The notes: a model not told the origin generated them from the sequence alone. 29,694 nt of DNA from an uncultured Nitrososphaerota archaeon (GCA_964618805.1 CAZUBM010000023.1:1-29694); one strand, 5' to 3'. Positions 10,333-19,973 are shown, counted from the first letter of the stretch. Translations and numbers: made by a program.

Positions 10333-10770
10333 TTATTTCTTTTTCAAAAAAGGTCTTGCGTTGTGCACCCCCAGACCATACGGAGACAATAGCTCAAAGT
10401 GCCTGACATTCAGCGTCAAGAGTTCTAACTCGTTTTGAATACATATTGCAGCTATAAACAAATCTTTAGGCTCGATTTTCTTGCCCATTGATCTTAGCTC
10501 GACAGAGATTTTGGCTGCCAGAAGGGCAGCTTCAAATGTTAATGGATATGTTCTGAAGCCTTTCAACCCATCGAGAATCTTTTCTCCTTTCTGCTTGAAT
10601 CCCTTTTGTATCAAGATATGGGCCCCGTATGCCTGTTCAAAAGCACTAATAACAGAAATAACAAAGTGGGCATGTGGAAACTCCCTACGTAAATCCTCTG
10701 CGGAAATTCGGGCCTTTTCCAAAGCTATTAGAACGCTCGAGTCTAGGCAAATTTTACTCAACTTGTCCAC
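10333..10770 (-). CDS. vapC: VapC-family PIN-domain toxin
   Basis: PIN acidic motifs: ICLDSSVLI, ISAFE, DLFIAAIC, LLTLNVRHF. Confidence 0.93.
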   Translation of the reverse strand: MDKLSKICLDSSVLIALEKARISAEDLRREFPHAHFVISVISAFEQAYGAHILIQKGFKQKGEKILDGLKGFRTYPLTFEAALLAAKISVELRSMGKKIEPKDLFIAAICIQNELELLTLNVRHFELLSPYGLGVHNARPFLKKK

Positions 10771-11000
10771 CCAAAGTACTTAGAAGCCTCTTTCACCGCC
10801 TCTTCAAAAAGTCGAGCCTCCTCCTCGTTTTCAGATAAAAGCCCAGCTAATTTTTCTAGCCCATAGTCAGCACCGCTCCGCTCCATTAATCTAGCAATTA
10901 AATCCGAAAAGCTTTCGCCCTCTCTTTTTAAGGATCTCAACCTCTCATAGACTTCACGGGTCACCAATAAACTCCTATAAGATCGTCCAGATCTGCCCAT
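10758..11000 (-). CDS. vapB: VapB-family RHH antitoxin
   Basis: LLVTREVYERLRSLKREGESFSDLIARL; overlaps the vapC start. ATG at 11000 is the likely start. Confidence 0.88.
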   Translation of the reverse strand: MGRSGRSYRSLLVTREVYERLRSLKREGESFSDLIARLMERSGADYGLEKLAGLLSENEEEARLFEEAVKEASKYFGWTS

Positions 11001-11188
11001 TTTATATCGATAATTATTATATATAAAGAATATATAAATTCTTTTTTCCACCAAGATTAGGAGGTAATTTCAAAGAGCGCTCCATCCATTCCTACAAATT
11101 TTGTAACCATCCTAGTAAGCAGCGACATTCAAACGGCTATTTCTCTACACAGACGCGCTATGGAGATGTTAACTATGTAAAAGAATTT

Positions 11189-11362
11189 ATGATCGCCTAC
11201 TTGGACGGTAAGAACAGCCTTAAGTGGATACTCGGAGTTATTAGAAGTTCTGGGGTCAGAGGAGACCTCCTGATGCGGGTCTTCAAGGAGCTTGAGAGCT
11301 ACGGTGACAGGAAGCTGTGGGAGGAGGCCTTAGATGCTTATAAGAGGAAAGGACTTTTCTAG
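11189..11362 (+). CDS. Repeated small ORF family, copy 3 (57 aa from ATG; missed by the ORF track)
   Basis: MIAYLDGKNSLKWILGVIRSSGVRGDLLMRVFKELESYGDRKLWEEALDAYKRKGLF*, preceded in frame by VNYVKEF. Confidence 0.7.
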   Translation: MIAYLDGKNSLKWILGVIRSSGVRGDLLMRVFKELESYGDRKLWEEALDAYKRKGLF

Positions 11363-11440
11363 ATGCACTATCCCACCTAATGTGACTACTTAGACCTCTT
11401 TTCCATATCTTTGGCTAGCTCTATCAGCTTTCTTATTATG
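11317..11440 (+). repeat. About 125-bp direct repeat with 21486-21609 (small-ORF 3' end, spacer, RHH 3' end)
   Basis: Shared sequence includes GATGCACTA(T/G)CCCACCTAATGTGACTACTTAGACCTCTTTTCCA(T/C)ATCTTTGGCTAGCTCTATCAG. Confidence 0.85.
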
Positions 11441-11826
11441 AGCAAGCCACAAAAAGAGGAGAAAACAGCAAAGGAACAGGATCAAGTGAAAGCGCGCGCG
11501 CTAAAGAAATTCCAGCATAAAGGAAGTAGTGAACCGGTTTTCTTCATGTAGTACATGCAATACAAAGAATTCATGCTAATCCAAATGCATGGGTGGATCT
11601 CTTCTAATCTGTTAAGAATGTTCTTTCTATGAGGCCTCATGTCTTAAGACAGATTACTTTCTTAACGTACTTTAAGGCTATTTTGAGCTTCCTATAGGTC
11701 TCTTCGTCAATGTCGCTTTCTCTATCTTTTATAGGGTGCTCGAAAAGTTTTCTATGTTGTGTAATCAAGTTAAGTGTTCGAGTCCACTCCTATCTATGTT
11801 AGCGCGCGAATAATGGAGGTATTTGA

Positions 11827-12483
11827 TCAGAGTGCCTTTTTTAGAGCGATGATCAACGATAGTAACATGGAAGCAAGGATCACCAATGCTAAGATGAGGG
11901 GTGCAATCAAGAAGGAACCCTCAGGCTTCAGGATTACTCCTCCGACTACAGCAGTTGGTTTTTGCACCACAGCCCTTATCATGAGGTCCCTATCCGTCAA
12001 AAGGGTCCAAGATCCAGGTTGTCCCCGGTAGGATCGATAATCGGGATCAGAAGTGTCAGCATCTATTGATGGTTGCGCAGGCGTCAAATATTCTATGGTT
12101 ACGTAGAAATCTCCAGTCAAAGTTATACCTAGCGCGCTTAGATCTACATCGAACCATCCCGCGTCTGTTGGAGTAACAACCAAGGAAGCAAGTTCCGTAA
12201 CCCCATCGCTGTCGTAAACGTGCGCTCGAAAAGTAGGGTCTACCCCCACTGGGATGGCATGGATGCTATACCTAACTTTGAGAAGCTTTGCCTCAGTCCA
12301 GCCGGAGGGGAGGGAAAATCTGACGGCCAGGTGATAGTCCTTATCCTGGTTGGAATAGCTATCTGAACTGCCGTCATCATACGCTATCTCCTGCACTGGC
12401 TGAGCTTCTACCCCCATCGTCCGTACAGTTGGAGCAGAAAAAAGGATTACCAATACACCTAGAAGGGCAACTTTAGAGTCCAT
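11827..12483 (-). CDS. Secreted, C-terminally anchored surface protein with a VGG-type sorting motif
   Basis: Signal peptide; beta-rich domain (EIAYDDG...AVRF...GWFDVDLS...DLMIRAVV); VVGG followed by a TM helix and KK. Confidence 0.75.
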   Translation of the reverse strand: MDSKVALLGVLVILFSAPTVRTMGVEAQPVQEIAYDDGSSDSYSNQDKDYHLAVRFSLPSGWTEAKLLKVRYSIHAIPVGVDPTFRAHVYDSDGVTELASLVVTPTDAGWFDVDLSALGITLTGDFYVTIEYLTPAQPSIDADTSDPDYRSYRGQPGSWTLLTDRDLMIRAVVQKPTAVVGGVILKPEGSFLIAPLILALVILASMLLSLIIALKKAL

Positions 12484-12669
12484 TTCTAAGCCTCTCTAAG
12501 TGCCAGTGTGGAGATTGGTAAGATCATTAATTTTTAATTTTTTAGTTTAAAACGAGAAGATGCTGATAAAGTCATTTGCCCAGCTGGAGAGCATATTAAT
12601 TAATATTTTAATTTTTTAATATATTTATATTGTGATCCAACATGCTTGTGTCGATTTAAGGTGGTTTTA

Positions 12670-13059
12670 GTGAGCAGGGAAGAGGAGGAAGAACGTTTAC
12701 TTAAAAGATCGAGGGAATTTCTGGAAACTGCAAAGTATCAAATTGATAAAGGTTTCTATGACCTTGCGGCTTTCAGTTTAGAGCAGGCCTTGCAGCTTTT
12801 TTTAAAAGCAAGACTGCTGAGCGAAGGCGTCGAATATCCGAGAACACATAGTGTAAGGGCTTTATTGGAGATTCTGTCGGAAGTGGTTAATGAAGGTAAA
12901 AAAGCCGTTGTAAAGGGTGCTTTAGAAAAATATTTAATGGAACTTAGCGTCCTGGAGGATGCCTATATAACGTCGCGATACATAATGAGGGATTTCAGCC
13001 GACAAGAAGTTGAGAAATTGGTTAAAGCGGTTAAGGAGATAATGAGAGATGTCGCTTGA
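12670..13059 (+). CDS. HEPN domain protein
   Basis: GFYDLAAFSLEQALQLFLKA, YPRTH, AYITSRY. GTG at 12670 is the likely start. Confidence 0.9.
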   Translation: MSREEEEERLLKRSREFLETAKYQIDKGFYDLAAFSLEQALQLFLKARLLSEGVEYPRTHSVRALLEILSEVVNEGKKAVVKGALEKYLMELSVLEDAYITSRYIMRDFSRQEVEKLVKAVKEIMRDVA

Positions 13060-13366
13060 CATTTTAATTAAAAGGGCGTTGAAGAGAAGAGAAGCTTTTA
13101 GAAGGCTACAGAAGCACCTTGAAACCATAAAAAGGGTTGTTCATAAGCTTGATCAGGAAGCTGAAGTGTTCCTCTTCGGTTCAGTTGCGGAGGGCAAGTA
13201 TAACTACTCAAGTGACATAGATATACTGATAGTTACGAAGGTACATCCGGCTGAGATTCTCTCAGAGCTTTGGAAGGCTGGAATAAAGGAACCATTCGAA
13301 ATTCATGTGCATCCACCAGAAAAAGCTGCTCTTTATAAAAAGAGGGCAAAGCTCCTAAGAGTATAG
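13049..13366 (+). CDS. Minimal nucleotidyltransferase (MNT) antitoxin
   Basis: LFGSVAEG...SDIDIL motif; overlaps the HEPN gene. Confidence 0.92.
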   Translation: MSLDILIKRALKRREAFRRLQKHLETIKRVVHKLDQEAEVFLFGSVAEGKYNYSSDIDILIVTKVHPAEILSELWKAGIKEPFEIHVHPPEKAALYKKRAKLLRV

Positions 13367-13468
13367 ATTCCCCTAGCCAACCTAAGAATTTTCTAATCAA
13401 GAAGCTTGTTTGAGGTTTTTCCATAAGTTAAGTTCCGTTAGGGCGTAAAATGAAATGAGGAGCACTAC

Positions 13469-13887
13469 CTATATTCCCCCAATAAGCCTAGAGCAGTTTT
13501 CTACAACCACCTCAGCCTCATCTAAAGCCCTTTTCGCGTATACTTTTGTATAGAGCCTTTGAGGAGGAAGTCCAGTTTCCTCGTCGCCGTACAAGCTTAG
13601 CTCCCTTTCTCTCCTCAGCCACGTGGAAGTTGAAGCTAGATCGCCGATTTTATCCCGAAACCAAGCTGGGAACCTTTCTTCGTTCTCAATTAAGACTGAC
13701 TTACGTCGCTCCACTTTGGAGGCTCAACCCTCACCATTCTGAGAGCTGCTTTCAGGGATAGCTCTACGGCCTCTTGGCACTGTCTTATGCAGTAAGCAAG
13801 CTCTCCTTTCTCCAAAGCAAGTCTTGCTGTCTTAATTCTCCTCAATGCCTCTTCTATGTAAGCTCTCGCCATCTCCACGTTATTCAA
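13469..13887 (-). pseudogene. Frameshifted HEPN gene
   Basis: ORFs 13690-13887 and 13469-13714 together align to the intact HEPN at 18173-18601 (QEAVELSLKA, EPP, RERE-SLYGDEE). Confidence 0.9.
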
Positions 13888-14346
13888 TTCTTATGACCTC
13901 CCCGAACTTGTAATCCTTCTTAAGCCTCCAGTACCACCTCTTGCCAATCCTAACCCTCTCAGCTTTAAGTTCCATTAGCCTTTTCCTGAGCCTTTCGAGG
14001 ATCTTTGAGAAGAAGTCGCCTTGTCGTACAAGATCACCGCGTCTTCAACCATGTCCAAGTAGAGGAGAGTAATAATGGAGGCCTCTTCCCTTGACCTAAT
14101 TATTGGCTGAGGAAAACGTTGTAGCCCTTTCTTCTCAAGCTCTCCAACAAGTGCTTGACCTTCTTATCTCTCTGCTCTCTCGAAGAGCTTAAACCTCTCA
14201 TATCTATTGGATAGATTGTCTGCAACTATCGGCAAGTCTACATCGCTGTCCTTCCCAGCCTCTCCCCTAGCAACAGAGCCATAGATCACGACGCTAATTA
14301 GATTGAAGTGCCTTTCCAAGCTTTTAACGAGAGCATCCTGTAGCAT
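13880..14346 (-). pseudogene. Disrupted MNT nucleotidyltransferase gene
   Basis: YGSVARGE...DSDVD, an internal stop, then YLDMVEDAVILYD and, after a frameshift, RWYWRLKKDYKFGEVIRIE*, matching 17683-18180. Confidence 0.9.
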
Positions 14347-14571
14347 GCCTGAAGTGCTAATCGCCTAGTCGTATTAAGGTTTTACAAGATTCGCGGAAGT
14401 TTGCTCAAGGAAAAGACTGCGCCTCTCCGAAGCCTTATTTTATTAGCTCCGATCTCTGGAACGCATCTGCTTTAAGGACAACATGGAAATGTTATATTGA
14501 ATCTATTTTATTAAAAATCAAGAAAAAGAGGAAAGCAGGTAGATCATTAGAACTAAGAGGATTAAACAAGA

Positions 14572-14888
14572 ATGAAGGGAGCGCATTATTACTTTAAACT
14601 TAAGCACGACATTCAGAATGATTCAGAGTTAGCCTTAGCTAGACTCGAAGTGTAAAGGATTATGGGAAAACCTCCAGAGGAAGTAGTCAATTTCGTTGAT
14701 GTTCTTTCAGAGCCTCCTCTTAAGGACTTTTTGGCGAAAGAGGGACAAGGTCCCAAGATTATATCCCTCGTTTACCTTATTGCGGCATTATCTAAGGTTA
14801 TTATATCAAAAGTAACATGCGAAATTGTTTCGATCTTATCACTAGACTCACATACTTCAAGGAATTCTACGTTTTGGTAGAACCATAA
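14572..14888 (+). pseudogene. N-terminal remnant of a larger gene, possibly a DNA modification methylase
   Basis: MKGAHYYFKLKHDIQNDSELALARLEV*...NFVDVLSEPP, a frameshift, then QDYIPRLPYCGII*GYY...LITRLTYFKEFYV. The family is recalled from memory; no catalytic motif is present. Confidence 0.35.
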
Positions 14889-14961
14889 GACAAAAAACTT
14901 AGTTAAACTGTTGCTGCCCGATTTTGATTTGGATGAAAATCGAATTCACGGATGAAGTGAG

Positions 14962-15084
14962 ATTGAGGGCCTTGATTATGTGATCACTTCCGACGAAGAG
15001 CTGTTAAGAAAGAGAGCTTTGGTTAAGAGCGTATCAGGATTAGAACTCCTCTCTCCTACGGAATTCATAAGCTTGAAAGTTTAG
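14962..15084 (+). pseudogene. C-terminal remnant of a PIN-domain gene
   Basis: GLDYVITSDEELLRKRALVKSVSGLELLSPTEFI* matches the last PIN motif (ITxD...SPxEF). Confidence 0.6.
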
Positions 15085-15167
15085 TGCATCGCTAAACTTT
15101 GCAAAGAGGCATTATTTGTAAAGAAGAGAATGGAGCCTTAAAACGAAGCTCGTATGCCTTACAAATA

Positions 15168-15211
15168 TGACGCCAGAAAGCTCCCTGCTTTAGCGGAGGT
15201 GAATGGCGTCA
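15168..15211. mobile_element. Isolated IS200/IS605/IS607-type end hairpin
   Basis: TGACGCCA...TGGCGTCA inverted repeat encloses AAAGCTCCCTGCTTTAGCGGAGGTGA, similar to archaeal IS605/IS607 subterminal hairpins. No transposase is nearby. Confidence 0.5.
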
Positions 15212-15344
15212 ATAGGTTTAAATAATCAACAGCTTATTGATGAGCTATCGACGAACTAGACATGCAGCGCGTGCAAGGTTAAAGGGCTGAAGGAATGTTG
15301 AAACTTCGAGAAGGGTTGTTTGAAAAAGAAAGGGTGAATGGGAA

Positions 15345-17408
15345 ATGGTAAGAAACACAAAAAATAGTATAAAAATACCTGGTATGCTCTATATACTTGT
15401 CTCCTTCGCTCCATGGGTTATTTACTGGGTTCTGTGCGGTATGGGGAACAAGTTAGGTGTAATCATCCCTCTCGCAATTTCTTTAATTCTCGTAATCCCT
15501 CAAGTTCACAAAAAAGATTTCAACTTAATGGATCTCACCTCCTTTCTCTACTTCAGTACAGCCACTACCGCTACATTTATCTTCAACTTGAACATATTTG
15601 TCGAGAAAAGCGGTTTTCTTGGCTACTCTGCTTTGTTCCTGATGGAATTGTTTTCCCTAATTATTAAACAACCCTACACACTTCAAGTTTCGAAAAGAGA
15701 CTATCCGGAAATCTACTGGAAGGAGAAATCATTTCTGACCATTAACAACATAATCACTGGAGCCTGGGCGGTGATCTTCATAGCAAACGCGATCACATTT
15801 TTACTTCTAAATGCAACTTACGCTGCAATACTCTCAAAAATATTAATTGCCTTTGGTATAGTATTTTCAATCATTTTCCCTTTAAAAGCACCAGCTTATT
15901 TCGCTACAAAGGAATTCAGGAAATACGATTGGAGTGTTTATGTAACTCAGAAGCCAAAAAGAGAAAACGAATACGATGTTATCATTATTGGTTCTGGTAT
16001 TGGTGGTCTAACTTGTGGTGCTTTACTCTCAAAAAGAGGTTATAAGGTTTTAGTTTTGGAGCAACATCATCAAGTCGGTGGTTACTGCTCTTCTTTTAAG
16101 AGGAAAGATTTTGTCTTTAACACAGGAGTTGAAAACGTAAGCGGACTGTGGGAAAACGGACCTGTAACCTATCTTCTTAAGGAACTTGGCTTTGAAAAGG
16201 AAGAACTTTTCGTAAAGAATAAAATGAGATATATCTTTAAAGGTAAAGAGATCGATGCCAGCAACTTGGAAGAGTTCATAAAAGCTCTCTCAGAGATGTT
16301 CCCAGAAGAGAACATTTACGCCTTCTTTGATGAAGCTAAAAAAGCCTACGAGGAGTGCTACAAAGACTCAGTTTATGGTGCTCCACTACCAGCTGAACTA
16401 ATAGTTAAGGTTTTTGGAGCTAAAAAGCTCTTGGATTATCCTAAGGAACATCCTCATTTCTTTGACTGGATGAACAAAACGTATAAGCAAAAACTTGATG
16501 AGTTTTTCACTAATGAGGATTTGAAGACCTTACTCTGTGCTCTTCTCGGTTATTTAGGAACAAAGCCAGAAGAAACGAGAGCAAGCAGTGCGCTTACCGC
16601 TGTAGTTTCCTACTACCTCCATGGTGGATATTTCCCAAAAGGAGGAGCACAGAGATTTGCAGATAGCTTAAAGGACTTTATAGAATACAATGGTGGCAAA
16701 GTCCTGACAAAACATAGGGTGGATAAAATATTGGTCGAAAACGGAGAAGTTAAAGGAGTGAGGGTTGGAAATAAAGTTTTCAAGAGTCCTATTGTTGTGG
16801 CTAATGCAAATGCAAAAACTACGTTTCTGGAGCTTGTTGGAGAGGAGAATTTGGATAGGGATTTCGTAGAGTACATAAAGAAGTTAAAGATGTCTCCTTC
16901 CTGTTTCATGGTGTTTTTGGGAGTAGATATGGATTTATCGGGCTGTCCGACGATCATTGAGAACTTGGATGAAGGCTACAGCATCGCTATAAACCCTAAT
17001 GCCGATCCAGGTTTAGCTCCTAAAGGTAAAGCAAATGTTACAATACTAACGGGAGCAAACTATCATGATTTTCCAGAAAGGAGAGCAAAAGAATATTTAG
17101 ATAAGAAGAGAGAGTTTGCGGAGTTTCTAATAAAGAAAGCTGAGAAAATTATTCCCAACTTAAGCAAATATGTAGTCGTTCAAGATGTGGCAACGCCAAA
17201 AACATTCGAGAGATACACCTCCATGCCGGAAGGAGCAATTTACGCTTTCGATCAATCAATTGATACCAAAAGACCTTATTTTAAAACTCCAATAAAGGGC
17301 TTGTATTTGGCAAGTGCCTCAACTTTCCCGGGTGGTGGAATAGAAGCGGTGGTAATATCAGGGATCATCTGTGCAAATGATATATGTAGTTGGGAAAATG
17401 TCTCATGA
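15345..17408 (+). CDS. Phytoene desaturase-like FAD-dependent oxidoreductase with an N-terminal membrane domain
   Basis: About 180-aa multi-TM N-terminus; Rossmann motif YDVIIIGSGIGGL...VLE...GG; PKGG; TPKTFERYT; GLYLASASTFPGGG. Confidence 0.9.
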   Translation: MVRNTKNSIKIPGMLYILVSFAPWVIYWVLCGMGNKLGVIIPLAISLILVIPQVHKKDFNLMDLTSFLYFSTATTATFIFNLNIFVEKSGFLGYSALFLMELFSLIIKQPYTLQVSKRDYPEIYWKEKSFLTINNIITGAWAVIFIANAITFLLLNATYAAILSKILIAFGIVFSIIFPLKAPAYFATKEFRKYDWSVYVTQKPKRENEYDVIIIGSGIGGLTCGALLSKRGYKVLVLEQHHQVGGYCSSFKRKDFVFNTGVENVSGLWENGPVTYLLKELGFEKEELFVKNKMRYIFKGKEIDASNLEEFIKALSEMFPEENIYAFFDEAKKAYEECYKDSVYGAPLPAELIVKVFGAKKLLDYPKEHPHFFDWMNKTYKQKLDEFFTNEDLKTLLCALLGYLGTKPEETRASSALTAVVSYYLHGGYFPKGGAQRFADSLKDFIEYNGGKVLTKHRVDKILVENGEVKGVRVGNKVFKSPIVVANANAKTTFLELVGEENLDRDFVEYIKKLKMSPSCFMVFLGVDMDLSGCPTIIENLDEGYSIAINPNADPGLAPKGKANVTILTGANYHDFPERRAKEYLDKKREFAEFLIKKAEKIIPNLSKYVVVQDVATPKTFERYTSMPEGAIYAFDQSIDTKRPYFKTPIKGLYLASASTFPGGGIEAVVISGIICANDICSWENVS

Positions 17409-17426
17409 AAACAAAAAGGTGTAAAA

Positions 17427-17611
17427 ATGGTAATAAAGGTTATCAAAATAAATGCAAAAGTGCTTTTACTCCAACCAAAATTCCGGGAGCATCTCATGTC
17501 ATAAACCAATATATTGGATGTCAACATGCATGCAAATACTGTTATGCAAAGTTCATGTGTAAATGGTACAACTATCTACCACATGAGCGAAGCTTAGTTC
17601 TCAAGTCCTAA
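17427..17611 (+). pseudogene. N-terminal remnant of a radical SAM protein (SplB-like family)
   Basis: INQYIGCQHACKYCYAKFM carries the CxxxCxxC motif. The gene is truncated right after it and frameshifted near the start. Confidence 0.8.
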
Positions 17612-17682
17612 GCGCTGATGTATTGACATTCTGCTCTTTCGAAGGACAAACTTTAATTCTCAAGCTGGTATGAAGAGATGAC

Positions 17683-18180
17683 TTGAGCTTGGCCGAACCA
17701 TATAAGAGCATACTTAAAGCCCTTTTAGACGCTTTAAGAAGGAGATTTGGGGACAAACTCATTTCCCTTGTAGTTTACGGATCAGTAGCCAGGGGAGAGT
17801 TTAGAAGAGACAGCGATTTAGACATCCTAGTGATCATAGAAGGTCTTCCAAGGGGGAGGTTTAAGAGACAGGACCTCTTCATGGAGGTGGAAAAAGAGAT
17901 TGAGCAGCTAATAGAAGATTTGTGGAACGAAGGATATTATGTCAGCATATCTCCCCTGCTCAGGACACCAGAAGAGGCATCGAGGCTAACTCCCATATAC
18001 CTAGACATGGTTGAGGACGCGATAATACTATATGATAGGGACTCGTTCTTCAAGAACATCTTGAACAGACTCAGGAAGAGGCTGAATGAACTTAACGCCA
18101 AGAGAGTTAGGATGGGTAAGATGTGGTACTGGGTTCTTAAGGAACCATATGAGTTCGGGGAGGTCATAGAGATTGAATAA
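17683..18180 (+). CDS. MNT nucleotidyltransferase antitoxin
   Basis: VYGSVARGE...DSDLDIL motif; overlaps the HEPN gene by 8 nt. Confidence 0.93.
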   Translation: MSLAEPYKSILKALLDALRRRFGDKLISLVVYGSVARGEFRRDSDLDILVIIEGLPRGRFKRQDLFMEVEKEIEQLIEDLWNEGYYVSISPLLRTPEEASRLTPIYLDMVEDAIILYDRDSFFKNILNRLRKRLNELNAKRVRMGKMWYWVLKEPYEFGEVIEIE

Positions 18181-18601
18181 CCTCAGAATGGCGCTGGCCA
18201 ACATGCAACAATCTGAAGTAAGACTTAGAGCAGCAGAACACTTCTTTAACTTAGGAGAGTACCCATATGTAGTTAGGCAGAGCCAGGAAGCGGTTGAATT
18301 AGCTTTAAAAGGAGCTCTGAGGGCTGTAGGGATTGAACCACCTAGATGGCATGATGTAGGACCGATACTAAGGAGAAGCCAAGACAGGTTCCCAGAATGG
18401 TTTAGGGAGCTGATACCCAGGCTTGCTAGAGTCTCAAGGAGGTTAAGTAGGGAGAGAGAGCCTAGCATGTATGGAGATGAGGAAGCAGGACTCTCTCCTA
18501 GCGAGCTTTACGATAAGGAGGATGCTAGAGTGGCCTTGGAAATGGCTAGGGAAACAGTTGAGGCATGTAGGAGGCTCATCCGATCTTCTCAAACCGTTTA
18601 G
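18173..18601 (+). CDS. HEPN domain protein
   Basis: SQEAVELALKG, EPPRWHDVG, REREPSMYGDE. Confidence 0.93.
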   Translation: MNNLRMALANMQQSEVRLRAAEHFFNLGEYPYVVRQSQEAVELALKGALRAVGIEPPRWHDVGPILRRSQDRFPEWFRELIPRLARVSRRLSREREPSMYGDEEAGLSPSELYDKEDARVALEMARETVEACRRLIRSSQTV

Positions 18602-18717
18602 TAGCATTCTTCCTTGGGAGTTCCTTTTACTTGCTTTTTAATCACTAAACATCGAATAGATCCTGACAATACGAATGTCTGCACAGAAAATTCACCAGTC
18701 AGCATAGCTTCGGACGG

Positions 18718-18783
18718 ACTTATGGAAATAGGAAGAGATGGGAGGAGGCTTTAGATGCTTGTAAGAAGAGAAATTACATATGA
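18718..18783 (+). pseudogene. Repeated small ORF family, copy 4 (3' fragment)
   Basis: TYGNRKRWEEALDACKKRNYI*. Confidence 0.75.
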
Positions 18784-18805
18784 TAGCTGTCTAAATAGAA
18801 TTCAC

Positions 18806-19723
18806 TTATCTCCTCGATGAAAGGAACTTCTTATACTCCTCTAAGGCCTCCTTTCTGTTTAGCATCTTCTCTCTCTTAAACCACCTCTCCCTACCCTTTC
18901 CCCTCTCATACCTGTACATCCTGATCCACTCCACCGCAGCGTCTTCGGTAAACCCAAACCTCTCCAGAATGCTGGAAACATCCTTCAACTTCTCGTTCTT
19001 TCTTGGTATGGAGGAGTCTATCGTCCTCGCGAACCTGATTATGTCCCGGATTCTGCAGATAGCAATATTATAGCAGTTCCTCCTAGCCGTGATCCTTCCC
19101 CTGGAGGATATCAGAACCTTCCCTTTTCGGTAGGCTACCACCAATTTCCCTCCGATTCCGAGTCCCTTAAGCTTTGTTAAGATCGTTTCAAGGAGTTCAA
19201 GATCTGTATTTGTAATCCCTATTCTGGCTCCGAAGCGCCCATATGCATCAATAAATGCCGATATATAGCCTTCGCAATCGAAGAACGCCTTCAAGAACTC
19301 CAAAGGACTCTCTTCCAGGTACATAAGGACTTTTTCCCTTTCTAGGAGGTGATCCGCAAGCTCTCTAGAACTTACCTCCACGTAATACCTCCCATCCGAG
19401 AACCTTCCAACTGCATAGGGCTTTTCCCTGCCCATAACCCGGGCAAACACTTTGGAGGCCTCTTCTGCAAGCTCCCTGTCCTTGACCTTAAGCCTCAACT
19501 TCTTTCCTTCCTTGCTAACGTTTATTGTTCCATCTCCTGCGAATATCTCAGCTAACCAGGAGATTTCCTCTTTTTTGGAGAAATCCGGCTTGTTATAGGC
19601 CTCCCTTTCCGGTATGTGAATCCCTCTCACCCAGTAAGATATGTTTGATTCGCTCAAACCTATGCCATATTCCTCTTCTATCGCCATTTGTATTCTTCTG
19701 TAGGTTAATCTAGATGCACGCAC
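18806..19723 (-). CDS. Free-standing HTH plus double-motif LAGLIDADG endonuclease-like protein (probably 5'-truncated)
   Basis: Motifs WLAEIFAGDG and FLKAFFDCEG; N-terminal HTH (YRRIQ...LSESNISYW). Lacks about 30 N-terminal residues relative to 21815-22825. Confidence 0.85.
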   Translation of the reverse strand: MRASRLTYRRIQMAIEEEYGIGLSESNISYWVRGIHIPEREAYNKPDFSKKEEISWLAEIFAGDGTINVSKEGKKLRLKVKDRELAEEASKVFARVMGREKPYAVGRFSDGRYYVEVSSRELADHLLEREKVLMYLEESPLEFLKAFFDCEGYISAFIDAYGRFGARIGITNTDLELLETILTKLKGLGIGGKLVVAYRKGKVLISSRGRITARRNCYNIAICRIRDIIRFARTIDSSIPRKNEKLKDVSSILERFGFTEDAAVEWIRMYRYERGKGRERWFKREKMLNRKEALEEYKKFLSSRR

Positions 19724-19920
19724 TTCCTTCTTAAAATTATTCTTTTCACATGAATTTGCTTCAGTATTGAAATGCCTAAAAGCAACAGCTCTATCGCTCC
19801 CATTATAACAATTACATGAAATTCTTTACTTTTACCTAATAGGTCCTCATAATACAATAAACCTATTAATGTCATTGAAATAATCATGAAACTATAGACC
19901 ATTTGGTCATAATCCTTCAT
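19705..19920 (-). CDS. Small two-TM hypothetical protein or fragment
   Basis: 71-aa ORF with two hydrophobic segments, overlapping the LAGLIDADG 5' end. Confidence 0.35.
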   Translation of the reverse strand: MKDYDQMVYSFMIISMTLIGLLYYEDLLGKSKEFHVIVIMGAIELLLLGISILKQIHVKRIILRRKCVHLD

Positions 19921-19973
19921 ACTGAACCCACAACTGGAGACTTCCTAATATAAAAAGGGGAGGGAATATGTGA

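Larger units (their letters stand above)
10307..11769. repeat. Perfect 18-bp inverted repeat pair CTTGATTACACAACATAG (10307-10324) / CTATGTTGTGTAATCAAG (11752-11769)
   Basis: Exact reverse complements, about 1.43 kb apart. Confidence 0.75.

Noticed and set aside
11770-11792. GTTCGAGTCC resembling a tRNA T-arm (possible att remnant)
   Set aside because: The stem is incomplete, there is no acceptor-stem context, and it does not match tRNA-iMet.
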